This document shows positions 14,556 to 27,397 of a stretch of DNA of 64,000 nucleotides, one piece after another (within the stretch, counting starts at the first letter, position 1; the number at the start of each line of letters is the position of its first letter). Made by a program: the position numbers and the translations under genes. The DNA comes from Octopus vulgaris. Its lineage: Eukaryota. The notes beneath the pieces are model-generated. The model searched no databases and was not told where the DNA came from. It saw only the letters and a list, made by a program, of their open reading frames with translations. Location of the stretch: contig OX597814.1 in assembly GCA_951406725.2 (NCBI GenBank), positions 48,050,001-48,114,000 on the forward strand, in the 5' to 3' direction.

Positions 14556-14601
14556 GACACCTGATGAAGGCTGGAGGGTATATCAGCCAAAACGTTGTGT
14601 C
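14556..14601 (+). ncRNA. Minimal type-I hammerhead ribozyme fold (G12 to A variant, probably inactive)
   Basis: GACAC-CTGATGA-A-GGCTG-gagggtatat-CAGCC-aAAA-CG-TT-GTGTC: stem I GACAC/GTGTC, stem II GGCTG/CAGCC, palindromic ACGT in place of stem III. Confidence 0.65.
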
Positions 14602-17600
14602 AACAACAAACAAGATGAGGACAAATATCTGTCAGATGTAAATAACGTAAAAAATGTACATAATTCCTCATTTACTTATTGATAGTACAAATTCACAAAA
14701 GTCAAGATGAAAGAGATTATTTTATAAGAGAGCAAATAAACTGATAATTTCACTAAATAATTCCTTTTATTAATTTGTTAATTCAGGCTTAATTCCCAGT
14801 AGTTTCTTTTTCTCTGCATATCTTGTAATTAAAAGGCAATAAGGGAGTTATGTGGTTGGTGGTTAGTCAAGGGGTTCTTTGACCTGCCTACAATCAACAC
14901 TGACCTGGGCCTCTACTACAACAATAACAATAACAACAAGAAAAGCAGCTTCTATCATACTATAATTAAATCAATTTTTGATTATAGTACAAGAAGCTAC
15001 TGATATACGTATATAAATATAAATATTTGTATTTATGTAAGGGAGTAAGAGAGAAACTGGGAGAACATTTTGCTTCCTTTTAAGAGAGAGAATCATGATA
15101 GTTTTATGAAGGTAGGAAGTAATGTGTAGGTACACATTACTTATGAAAATAAATATGGGACACACACACACACAGCTGCTCACAAACACATGCAAGTCAG
15201 AATTTTATTCATTTAGAAGAGTAATCAAACTACAAGGGTCTATGATAGAGAGAAGAATGAATTACTTTTGTGGAGGAAGAAGAAGAAGAAAAAAAAAGGG
15301 CAGGATGAAGAAGTTACACATTAGTTTTAAGAGAGCAGTGAGAAAGTTGTTTTGAAAGAGTGAAAGAGAAAGAAAGAGAATGTAAATCATTCCAGTTACC
15401 TATATATTTTGCTGACCTATTTTCTGTTGAACTGACTCAGATATCAAAATCACATCTTTAGAACCATGCTAAAGAATAATACCTCTTCACCAACACATTG
15501 GATCTCAGCTACATTTTGTGAAATAAGTAATTAACATTTTGCAAAACAGAATTAACATTTTTTGTATCAACATACTTAAACTATACTGTACAGACAAGTG
15601 ATATTTCTATAGTTGATGTTTAACAACATAAGTATATGTGTGTGTGTGTTTAACTACGTATGTGTGGGAATGTGTGTGTGTGTCCCTACAAATAACACTT
15701 AATATACATTTACAAATAAAATACCATTACTAATAGCCAGGTGAAACAGTGAGTAAGTGGTTAGAATGTTGATTTGGTAGGAGGGTGGAATTTAATGAGA
15801 GGGCAGTGTATTCATTTACAACAGACAATAGTATTTACAAATGAAAAGAACATATCCTTCAATGGTACAAAACTAGACTTCAAAAGATATTGATACAAAA
15901 CAGAAGTCTTTAATGCATTTGGTAGGTACCATTCCAAATTGTTTTTTGTTTTTAATTATTTGTTATATTTAAAAAGGGACATTCTTGTCCTGTGTCCACA
16001 AAGTAAGAATACTACAATTAATGTATAATGAATTAAGAAATTCCAGTATAAGTAAAAGGCAAAACTATACTTGGTGAGATTAAGAAGAAAAAAATTATGG
16101 GAAGTTGTTACTGTCCTTCACATCACCCCTGCTGCCCTATCAATCTTGGCTGAGGAGGCCTATGGTTAAAAAAATTCCAGTCTTCACCACCACCACCACC
16201 ACCATTCCTTCCCCCACCCTCCAAGAGTATCTAGCAGTTCAATATCCTTGTTTAAGGCTGGGGGTATAATTTGAGAGAGAATAGGTTGTTATTTCTAAGA
16301 TTGGTTATTATCTATCAAATGGAGGAATCAAGTCCAACAGGTGGATTCCAGTAAATGTATCATGAAATGATAAATTCTGAAGATCAAAGTGATTTATAGT
16401 TGAAAAACAAGAATCAAGAAACAACATAATGATAGGCTAGAAGATTAAAAGAGTTTTAGTCAAGGAGAGATAGGTAGCTTTTTTTTCTTTTTTCACCTGG
16501 ATGTGGTCCATGATGCCACTAATCAAAGGTGTATTATCTTGTGATATCTGAACACTAAAGAAAGATATATGCAAGCCTAGTAGACAGTCAACAGCTGTTA
16601 AGAACTAAAATAGATTTTGGCACTGAAGAAAAGACAAGAATAATTGATGTGGTTTTCACCGTCTGGAGAATAGAGGGATTCCAAAAATGTTTGCAGGAAA
16701 TGGTGAATTTTAGCACAAACAGAAAAATGATAAATTAAAGTGGATGAGTTTCACTTTTTATCACTAGAGTAGATTTTAAATTAAAGTTTATTAAAGCAGA
16801 GTTTCTGAAGTATTAAAATAGAGTTTACTGAGATAAGATTGTTTAGCCATTCCTTCAGATACTATTTCATTTAAGGCTGTTTTAAACTAATCTATTTTTA
16901 CATCACTAACAGGGATGTATCTTTACATCACACACAAGGAAGGTGGGGAGAGTATGCAAGTTAAATTCAGGATCAATTTTAAACTGAACCTCTGTCTTTA
17001 GGTTAAAAGCTAGTTAAATGAATATTTAACACTCCTGAAATACACTGAAAACTAGCAAAAATAAACTAAAAGTCTATATGACTAACAAAAGAAATTCGCT
17101 TCTAAAATGAAATGGAATATTAGAAATATGGAAAAATCTAAAGAAACGCCACGACTGTTGATTTTTACCAAATTAACTTTCCTTTGTTTAAGTTTTTCCT
17201 ATTAATTATTTTTTCACACATTTCTGAATCAAGAATACGACAGTGCTTATCAGTTTATTTCTGTCATCACATTTAAAATTCCATTTAAAATTTTCAAAAG
17301 AGCACAGTTTTCTTCAGAGAATACTTCAGTTGTGCTATAAAGAAAATAAACATCATTCTTCAATCATCGCCGCAACTACTAACACAACCATTATCACTAT
17401 ATCACTACCACAACATTTCTATAAATAATTTCCAGAAAATCTCTGGATATGTAAGTGTGAGAACATAAATGTGTGTGCGTGTATAATTTAATATACAGAG
17501 GATTTAAGTATGAGCAGCTATAAGTTTCATGCCTATGATAATACAATAATCAGACAAACTTGTATATCATACCTGTCCAATAATACATGACATGTGCATG

Positions 17601-17660
17601 TTAAATAATTATCACTCAGGGGATGGAGCATTATTTTTGAGTGCATGTGTGTTCGTGGGC

Positions 17661-18392
17661 ACAGGGTGTGGTGGATAAATTGTTGCCATTTTATATTTTG
17701 AATTTCATGCATGTGGATGTTTGTTTTAGATTTTTGTTGAGTACCCAGTATAGTTAAGGGTCAGTAAGGCACAGTCCGTGAGAAAAACAGCACCATGACG
17801 CAATTCACTCTGCCAGAAGTTTGGAAATGACATACTGTACTGCTTAGTATTTTGCGCTGGAAGCTCCAATGCGAACATTTTAGAATGTTTGGGTGTCAGT
17901 CTGAGGACATGTACAGAGAGTGATGAAAATCAAACATCCAATCTACATCATGGTGTTTGGAGTGATCACTAGTGATGAGAACGTTATGCCGCCATTCATC
18001 TTCCCACACGGCCTCAGACTCAATACGGAGGCCCACATCAAGTACCTGTAGGAGGTAGTGTTACCTTGGGTCAAGAGGGTGACTGCTGGAAGACCCTATG
18101 TCTGGCTACAGGACTCTGCACCATGCCACACAAGCAGGAGAACCCAGTCATGGTTGTCAGACAGTTTCTGTGACCACATCACCCCTAACATCTAGCCACC
18201 TAACTCCTCATATTGCAACCCCCTTGATTATCATGTGTAGGGTGCAGTTGAGCAAGAGACAACGAAATTCTTTGTAACACCAAAGATGAACTGAAGGCAA
18301 AGAGTATGGCAGCATTCACCAACTTAAACAAGGAGAGTGTCTAGAAGAGTTGCAGGAGATTCTGAAATCATCTGGAGACCGTGGTTGAAGCC
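17661..18392 (+). mobile_element. Tc1/mariner-superfamily DD37D (maT-type) transposase relic
   Basis: Translates MVFGVITSDENVMPPFIFPHG..YVWLQDSAPCHTSRRTQSWL..I*PPNSSYCNPLDY; 37 residues lie between the last two Asp; several stops and an internal deletion. Confidence 0.8.
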
Positions 18393-19285
18393 GTGTTTTC
18401 ATCGGCATTGGTTTGTCCTTCTGTCTCTCTGTCTGTCCGTCTGTGTGCAAAATAACTCAAAAAGTTGTGAACAGTATTTGATGGAAACCTTCACACCTAC
18501 AAGTCTGTGGACACTGTTGTGGACCAAGAAGAGGCTGTTTATTTTCTCACAGAAATCCTCAATTTCTTGGACCCCTCTGGACTACCACCTCATCAACTGC
18601 TCCTCAAAATTGGAGCTCCAGTCATGCTACTGAGGAACCTGGAGCCACCATGTCTGTGCAACGGAATGCAGTTAGTGGTAATAATGTGCTGCCTCATGTT
18701 ATTGAAGCAACAATTCTTATTGGTTGTGGCATCAGAGACGTCTTTATATCCAGGATACCTCTTACACCATCAGATAAGCAATGCCCCTGTCCCTTGTGTT
18801 GACTTCAGTTCCCTCTTCGACTTTGCTTTGCCATGTCCATCAACAAGTCCCAAGGCCAAACACTAACAACAGGCCTCCATTTAGGCCATAAGTCTTTTTT
18901 TCATTTTGTCTGCTACTGTTTCTGAATCTCCTTGTAGATGGCTTGAGTTTTGGCGTGAACGAAAAAGGGACATTTATACCTGAGAATGGTTAACAATCCT
19001 TTTCAGGGCTATTGTGAGAACGATAACATGGTCCTTTTCAGGGCTACTTTACATTCAATTGTTACACCTCCTGAGATGCTCTTGTGGCTTCTCCAGGGCT
19101 TTTCACCCTGTTTTTACTACTTTATTTATGGTCTATGGGAAAAATCACTTCTTCCTCAATGTCAATGTTTGCAACTTAATGCAAAAAATATTCGAAGAGA
19201 TGTACAACAACAACAAAAAAATGGTAGAACCTATTAAAACCATTGCCGAGTATTTAATACCCAAGCAACGCTGGGTACTGCTAGT
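18393..19285 (+). mobile_element. Helitron 3' portion with PIF1-like helicase fragment
   Basis: [29 protein letters not shown] and, after frameshifts, [19 protein letters not shown]. Ends with hairpin TACCCAAGC-AAC-GCTGGGTA then CTAG|T near 19285. Confidence 0.85.
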
Positions 19286-21074
19286 ACTGAATACAATCCT
19301 TTCCTTTAGAAAATAGCAAAGTGGAAGTCCAAATAGATCATTATTGTCAAGTTGTTTCTTTAACAATAAACTACTAATGATAGTTAACTGAATCATTACA
19401 ATCATGAACAAAATGCCTGTAGTATTTAATTATGATTTTTTTAATGCTGAGTTCAAATCCTGCCAAAGTCAACTTCACCTTTCATCTTTCCATGGTTGTT
19501 AAATAAGGTATCAGTCAAATACTGGGGTTTGTTGAATATTTGTATAAAACCCCTAATGTGAATGGAATTATAATAGTGATTTAAGACTATTAGATGATTG
19601 TAGAGAGCAAGCAAAATCATTAACTAAGAGCCTACAAAGAAATCTCTACATGGTCAAGTGACCTGCTAAAAATAGCAACTAAATCTCACTTAAATTACAG
19701 CTTACTATCTTAAAAAAAGAAAGGACATGTTACATAATGTAACTTTAAGTATGGAATACAAAAGAGATGGCTAGACACAGCTGGAATTATTTTGATCATA
19801 AATCAACTTCATCAGAGCTGACCTATGCTAATGACAACAGCAATAGCAGCAACAACAACAAAATCAGCAGTAGCAGAGTATGCTTTTTGAAATATAGATT
19901 AATAATTCAAAACCTATAGCTGATCAAGACATTTCGTTTTCTAGAAAAACATTCAGCCTTTTCATGTCTTAAAAACTGATTTCTATTTTTACGAAGCCAA
20001 ACTTTTAATCGTGATATTTCATCTTCACTCCACCCTCTTTTAGTATCTGATCTCTTTTGATAATTTCTTTCACATCTCATTTCTCTTTACATTTCATTAA
20101 TCTCTATATAAACAGAAATATATCTTTTTTTAAAAGGATGATATTAATAAATAAAAGGGTGTCTTAAAAGTGCAAGGACATTTTGCTGGAGACAAGAAGA
20201 TTATTTCTTTAAAATTAATTTATTTACTGTAATAAAGGAGGACATAAAACAAGTAAGAATACAAAGGACAGTAGTTTGATAACATTCAGCTGTTTAGACA
20301 ACCTACATAGAGCTAGATCTCAGCAGAAGTGTGCGTGTGTATGTGTGTATGTATGTATAATAAAGAAAGTGTTATAATAAAAAAACCTAAACAGTAAAGA
20401 ATTAATTGAAGAAATATGATATATTAACAGGAAGAAGAATCCTTTCAATGAAATTATCATTCAAACAGTAATAATAATAACATTGCATATCATATAACTG
20501 AGAAATACTGAAGTCTGAAATTTTCTGTTGTTGTTCAACTCAAGGTCAGCCATATCAAAAATGGATCCAGCTGTGACAATCCTGTCTTTTGTATAAAATC
20601 ATTGCATTGTTGAATGTGTCTTTCTCTCTCTGGTAAGGGTGTGATTTGAAAGAAGTTTGGATGTTATTTGTCGCAGATGAAGTGACTGTGTAAATGTTTC
20701 TGCACTAGCTTGTATATTTTCTGTTTTTAAAATAGATATATAATACCAAAACTGAAATCTTGGGTATATATTCATTTAACATTTTATAATACATTGGATT
20801 GTACAGGAACAATGAAAAGCTTTATTTTTGAGTATAAATTCAAGAAAGGACATAATTTGAGCTGCTTTTTTGTCATCTTCTGCAGGACTCCACAGAAAGA
20901 TATGAGCTCAATATATTTCTTACAAAAGTAATGTGTGTGTGGGTATAGACACAAATATGGGCAAATGGTTAAGTCACAGTCACCAAGGTATCATAGACTT
21001 GGCTCAATCCAAATCTTGTAAGTGAAATTGAATAGCTGGAAACTGTGTGGAAGATTACTGGATATATATATCCA

Positions 21075-21767
21075 GTGAAAATTCTGTGAAAATTCATATG
21101 CTTTGGATTTTGATGAAATTTGAACCATAGGCATTAGAAATAAATTTTAAAATATACCCAAAATGATTCTAAAACCCTCTAATAGGGGCTTAACCCCTAA
21201 ATTTTAGTCATTTTTCACGGACCAAAATTACTGAATGGATCCTTATAATATTTGGAACTTAGATTCAATGCACAAAAGTGGGTATAATGCAGTATGTTTG
21301 GTTTGAATTTGAGGGGGCTTAAAGGGGGCAGAACTCCCCATGAAAATTCATAAATTTCTGATGTTGATGAAATTTCAACCATAGGTAATTGACACAAATC
21401 AAAAAGTATTCTCAAAGTTTCCATTTCTCATGAGGATTCTAAGACCCCCAAATGGGGACCTTAACTCCCAAATTTGAGTCATTTTTTAATGATCCAAAAC
21501 AAGGTCAAAAGTACTTAATGGATCTTTCTGAAATTTGGAAATTATATTCTATGCATAAGGACAGATGTAATGCAGTATATATTTGGAAGTGAGGGAGCAT
21601 AAATGAGGCCATAATCCCCATGAAAATTCATATATTTTTGCTGTTAAAGAAATTTTAACCATAGATATTAGACAAATGAAGTAATATTCCTTAAATTTCA
21701 ACTTCTTAAGAGTTAGTAAGACCCCTTGATGTGGCCTTAACCTCCCACAATTTAGTCATTTTTCCTA
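21075..21767. repeat. Diverged tandem repeat, about 2.6 units of 255-280 bp
   Basis: TGAAAATTCATA..GAAATT..AACCATAG..CTTAAC..AGTCATTTTT recurs at about 21087, 21342 and 21621. Confidence 0.7.
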
Positions 21768-21923
21768 AGCCAAGATGAATACAATTGTATTCTTGGAAAC
21801 TGTAGAGTCACCTGAGGATACAAGATGAGCTTTATTTGGAATTCACTGGTACAACAGTAAGACTTTGTTTTGAGATATACTTAGATTTGTGATTTCTGCA
21901 ATGTGGTGCATAAATTGATTTCT

Positions 21924-21924
<1 letters not shown>

Positions 21925-21964
<40 letters not shown>

Positions 21965-22062
21965 CGGCGGCGGCGGCGAACATCTGTTTTCCATGCCGGC
22001 ATGGGTTGGACGGTTCAACTGGGGTCTGGGAAGCCAGGAGGCTGCACCAGGCTCCAGTCTGA
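21925..22062 (-). mobile_element. (TAA)n tract next to an RTE 3'UTR fragment
   Basis: CCATGCCGGCATGGGTTGGACGGTTCAACTGGGGTCTGGGAAGCC matches 4143-4210. Confidence 0.7.
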
Positions 22063-22994
22063 TATGTGTGAGTGTGTATGATCTTGTCTTGACATAACAC
22101 GATAGTTGTAACTGAGTGTCACTGTCATGCAAGCTATGTCATATATTTCCAGCCTTCCTTAAAAACATGTATGGCCATGGGGAAATATTACCTTGCTTGG
22201 AAACAGAGAAAGGTTGGTGACAGGAAGAGCATCTCTCTGTAGTAAAATTTGCTTTAATTAAATTTTGTTCAGCCTGTGTAAGCATGAAAATGTGTGTATT
22301 AAAATGATGGTGATGGTGGTGATGATCAGTAAAGATTTGAAGAGGAGTAGCATGCCCATTGCTTTTTATCACATAAAGTACTGATTCTTAACAATCATGT
22401 TTTCATTTTACACTGCTAGAACCACCAAAGCAATCTGTAATCAAAGATACTGTTCAAGTAGAAAATCAGAAAAAAAAGATGTTAAAGATGATTTTTGGTT
22501 CTGTTACCTAAGAATCGATTAAAAGCTGTTGCAAATTACCCAAAGAAAAACTTCTGACAACTTCCATGTGTCAGATTGTTAGCTAGTTCCTCTCTCATGA
22601 ATCTAATAAAAACATTGCTCTACATTGCTAGAATTATTTCTTCAAGATCTGTTGTTTGTTATCACTAGCTTCAAGATATATTTTAACAACTTAAATCTGC
22701 CTTCCACCAATGTACGCCCCACCCCCCACAAAAATTTTTTGAAAATTATATTTTATGTACTTTCAGATTGGTATAACGCCTTAAATACAGCAGTTAAATA
22801 TTTAATAGAAATACTTTAGTATACTAGGTTTGCATAAAACTATTTGTATGTTAATATTTCTTACTTTTCATTGGAGTTGTAAATGTAGAATCTAACAATC
22901 TGTTTTGCACTATTGATGTAAAAATGACTAAAATGATTGCTGTTCTGTTGCTGTATTTCGTCATTTACTTGGTGAGCTACTAGTCATTTGTAGA

Positions 22995-23132
22995 GACTTC
23001 GCCTTTCATACTTTCACGGTCGATAAATTAAGTACCAGTTACACACGGGGGTCGATGTAATTGACTTAATCCCTTTGTCTGTCCTTGTTTGTCCCCTCTG
23101 TGTTTAGCCCCTTGTGGGCAATAAAGAAATAA
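22995..23132 (+). mobile_element. 5'-truncated MetaSINE-like SINE
   Basis: Matches the 3' half of the 5542 and 31434 copies. Confidence 0.75.
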
Positions 23133-23409
23133 ATATTGTTTTGTGGATTAATGAGGTATTAATGTAACATTAGTTGATACCTCCATTGGGACCAATGAGG
23201 AAGGTGTCTATATGGTCACTCTACTTGCTAGAAACAATAGCTACATCTCCCATAAATTACACATACGATGTAGTCCCTTTTATACAAAAAAATCAGAATA
23301 ATCACAGCTGGAAGATCTTTGACCATTGCTCTACTCAATCAGAGCTAACCTGGAGCTAAACAACAAATCAGCACAACCTGTGAAAACCGCCTTGCTAGTT
23401 TGGAGATTT

Positions 23410-23445
<36 letters not shown>

Positions 23446-24059
23446 ACATTAACTTCCTTCCTTCTTTATTCTCTCTATCTCTTTTCGTTGTCTTTTCCTT
23501 TGGTGGACTGTTTTCATTATTGGGTGGTAGACTTAATCTATCTCCCAGTTTAATGCTAGTTCTTAATTCTTCAGTGCTTTTAACAATGTCTACTTTATTG
23601 TTAGCATTTGGATGAAATCTCCTGTTCAAAGATAATGTAGTGGAGTATCTTCCTTTATTCCTCTACTCCTCTCAGAGGTCCTGCAAAAGGCCACAGGTAC
23701 TGGTTTCCTTTGCATCACTAAGCAATAAAAACATTAAAAAAAATTTTCTGACTGGCATAGTTGAGTGAATCTTTCTTTTCTTTTTCGATAGTTTTAAAGA
23801 TAATAAAACTTTAATCTACAAATGTAACTAAAATTTAATTTAAGATATTATAAATTATGACAAATAAGTATGTATATATTCCACTATTTTTTTAAAGTAG
23901 TTCAAATAAAGTAAAGCCTTGGAGGTCATACAATATGTTGAATGGTTGAATATCAAAAGTTTTAGACGGATGTTTATTTGCTCTGTCCTTGAAAGAAAAC
24001 AAAAGCAAATTGATTGGGTGTGAATTGTTTTAAACTGTAACTCTGTTGTAGCCTTTGTA

Positions 24060-25237
24060 TTAGGTCATCCCATAAATAATGCAGTTTCTTCAACTGCATG
24101 AACTAAAAGTCAGAGGGGGACAGGATAAACTACTTGCATCAACTTGCTATACAAGCAGGTAGTTATTTTACCTTGTCCTTATTATTAGTGCATTTTAACA
24201 GTTTTTTTTCTTCAAAGCTATAATGGAAGTTACAAAGGAGCATATTCAGCATATTTTTCTTTATGAGTTCAATAGAGGCAACAACGCAATGGAAAGTGCG
24301 AGGACAATAAGTGTAAGCCAGTGTCAATGATGGTTCCAGAAATTCCAAGCCAGAGACTACAGCCTAGAAGACGCTGGAAGATCTGTAGAGCTCAACAAAG
24401 ATGTCCTGCAAACACTGGTGGAACAAAATCTCATCGTAATTGTTGAGGAACTAGCAGAGAAGCTTGGATTTGGTCATTCAATCATCCATTGGAAAAGTCA
24501 GCAAATTGTGCGCAGAGAGTGGATGTGTAATCTTCTTTGCTGTCATGTCTCACAAATGAATCTTTTTTGGACTGAATAGTGACTGGTGACAAGAAATGGG
24601 TTCTCTATAAAAATGTAAAGCACTGAAGACAGTGAGTAGGGAAAGGAGAAACACCGACACCCCAGGTTAATGAAAGTCTTCACCCATGTAAGGTGTTGTT
24701 ATCTCTTTGGTGGGATATGAAAGGTTTAGTTCACTTTGAACTTTTAAACTCAAACCAAATGATAACAAAGGAGATCTATTGCAAGCAGCTTGAGCAGCTT
24801 AAGTCAGTATTAGAAGAAAAATGACCATCTTTGGTTTCAAGACAAAAGGTGTTCTTCCATCAGGATAATGCTTGGCCACATACAGTAAGGATGACATTCC
24901 AAAGGCTGGAGCAGTTTGAATGGGTAATGATGCCCCCACCCACCATATTTGATGGATATTGCCCCATCTGATTATCATATATTCCATAGTCTTCAAAATC
25001 ATTTGAATGGAAAAAATATGAATTCTGTAGATGAAGTCAGAACAGTATTGGAGGAGTATGTTTCATGATGGACAAGTAAATTTTGGAAGAGGGGCCTTGT
25101 AAGTCTACCAGATAGGTGGAAGAGCATTACGGAAAATGAAGTAGAGTATATTTTAGATTAAAAAAGAACTTTGTTTATTTTAATTTTGAAAAATGAAAGA
25201 AGTATTTAAAAACTGCTTTATTTATGGGATGACCCAA
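24060..25237 (+). mobile_element. Full-length decayed mariner (DD34D-type) transposon
   Basis: 28-bp TIRs (TTAGGTCATCCCATAAATAATGCAGTTT / AAACTGCTTTATTTATGGGATGACCCAA) with TA on both sides. Transposase from ATG 24223 (MEVTKEHIQHIFLYEF) shows IVTGDKKW, FHQDNAWPH and PYLMDIAPSDYH motifs, with stops and frameshifts. Confidence 0.92.
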
Positions 25238-25844
25238 TAGAATACCAACAACTTTAATTTTCCCCACAGATTTTGACTTCTTTGAGTAATATTAAGTTTT
25301 AAACGCCCATGTTATTAGTTTGTCAGAGTAAGTAGAGTAGTTCTACTACTCACGGGAGTTAATGCAAAAATTTTTTATTCAAAGCATCAACTGGTTGAAT
25401 GAAAGTTAATGAGACAATGATTTTTGTCTTCTCTCCTCAGAAAAAAATGTCTCTATGATGATGATAACATCAGAAGTGTGATGATTATGGTAGTGGAATA
25501 TGCATGGTGAAAGTAGTATGTGCAATTTATAAAGAGTTAATAAAAAGAAAAAAGTGTAAGATGGAATACACAAATGCGCACAATTCAATAACAAGTATTT
25601 AGAGGTTTAAATTTGCACTAAGAATAAAGAAACAAAAAATTCCTTATACTGGTACAAGGACATAATTTGTAGGAGACAGGTGTATTTGGATGGACTGGTG
25701 CCACTATATATCTGGCATTTACGTTATTATTTATGGACAGATGAAAAATTAAGGCATTTAAAACAAGGTCAAAACTTGCAACATAAAAGGACAAAACTAA
25801 ATATGGTCAGATTTTTAATCCAGCATTCTGCTAATAATGCTTTT

Positions 25845-26052
25845 AAATTTTGGCACAAGGCCCGCAATTTTGGGGGAGGGCTAAGTCAATTATATTGCCC
25901 CCATTACTCAACTGGTACTTATTTTAACAGCTCCGAAGGGGCGAAAGGCAAAGTTAATGTTGACAGAATTTGAACTCAGAATGTAAAGATGGATGAAACA
26001 TTACTAAGCATTTTGCCTGGCGTTCTAACACTTCTGCCAGTTTGCTGCCTTT
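25845..26052 (-). mobile_element. MetaSINE-like SINE, diverged
   Basis: GAAAGGCAAAGTT..GAATTTGAACTCAGAATGTAAAG..TTCTGCCAGTTTGCTGCC is the reverse complement of the family. Confidence 0.7.
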
Positions 26053-26993
26053 CACTCTGCTAATGACAACAACATTCAGCACCAAGGTAGGGCAAAGATG
26101 ATTTAGAGAAAAAATTACTCAGAGACATGATCTGCATGAATAACAATAGTCAAGTTAGTGTTATATTTAATGTAGTGAGCATTAAAAATCCAATTAGAAA
26201 TACTTATGAGGACAAAAAAAAAATGGCAATATTAGTTAATTACTAGCATTATGATTATTATAAAAGGTGGTATTTATAGTCTTTACAGTGCATCCCTAAC
26301 TGATGTGTTTATTGTTGTTGTCTAGCTCCATGTTAACTGTGGCTGAGAACACTTGTGATCAGTAATAATGGGTAATGTAAAAGAATACATTATCAAATGT
26401 GTCCTTACTTTGTAAGATACTTAGGTGTGATTTGAGAGTGATTTGACTTCTACTTCTAGCCAGCTGAACAACTGTACTGGCTTCCTTGTTAATTCATGAG
26501 ATAGGTGAGGTTGATCAGGTTGATGTTCAACTTGAACTTCTGTAGATCAGCATCAGTTAAGAAAACATAGGAAGAGTGAAAGTTCCAGGGAATTATAGCA
26601 CTGAATATTTCTGAGGTTTGGAAAGTGAGACAGTAAAAAAGAAAAGAGGAAGAGGTGTTTGCATTAAAAATATTTTGGATTGCACAGCATGCAGGGTTTG
26701 AATAAGTAGGAGTTATTACAGAAGCAGTAGAAAAGACAAGAGTAAAGGTATGACATATCTGTAATGATTTGCTTTTTATGGGGATACAGCTTTCAAATGG
26801 CTGTGTGGGAGAGAGAGAGAGACAGAGAGGTATTTTCTGACCTTGAAAAGAGGCCTGTCTTAAGGGAAAGTTTAGTCTACATAAATAATGAACAGACCTC
26901 AATTGTAACCTCTGTTTTAGTTTGATAATAACTGTTGTGTTAGATTAGAGACTGTTCATCCTCCTCATCATCAAATGATAAATTGAATATGTA

Positions 26994-27397
26994 GGCGTAG
27001 GAGTAGCTGTGTGGTAAGTAGCTTGCTTACCAACCACATGGTTTCTGGTTCAGTCTTACTGCATAGCACCTTGGACAAGTGTCTTCTACTATAGCCTCAG
27101 GCCGACCAAAGCCTTGTGAGTGGATTTGGTAGACGGAAACTGAAAGAAGCCCGTTGTATGTATGTATATATATATATGTATGTACGTGTGTGTCTGTGTT
27201 TGTCCCTCCAACATCGCTTGACAACTGATGGTTGTGTTTACATCCCTGTAACTTAGCAGTTCAGCAAAAGAGACCGATAGAATAAGTACTAGGTTTACAA
27301 AGAATAAGTCCTGTGGTTGATTTGCTCAACTAAAGGCGGTGCTCCAGCATGGCCACAGTCAAATGACTGAAACAAGTAAAAGAGAGAGTAAAAAGAG
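26994..27397 (+). mobile_element. Full-length tRNA-derived CORE-type SINE (octopus OR-like)
   Basis: GGCGTAGGAGTAGCTGTGTGGT head, GGTTCAGTC B-box-like, ACCTTGGACAAGTGTCTT CORE-like block, internal (TA/TG)n, tail GGCGGTGCTCCAGCATGGCC..AAGTAAAAGAG. Confidence 0.85.

Larger units (their letters stand above)
14170..14645. mobile_element. Head-to-head inverted dimer of a tRNA-headed, hammerhead-containing short element
   Basis: Arms of about 14170-14390 and 14405-14645 are reverse complements. Each has A/B boxes, an (AAT)n tract and a CTGATGA..GAAA-type core. Confidence 0.8.

Noticed and set aside
17300-17456. Possible upstream exon ending at the GTAAGT at 17451
   Set aside because: No signal-peptide or PA-like translation and no clear open frame.
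18507-18866. Host PIF1 helicase gene
   Set aside because: Frameshifted, intronless fragment ending in a Helitron hairpin-CTAG terminus.
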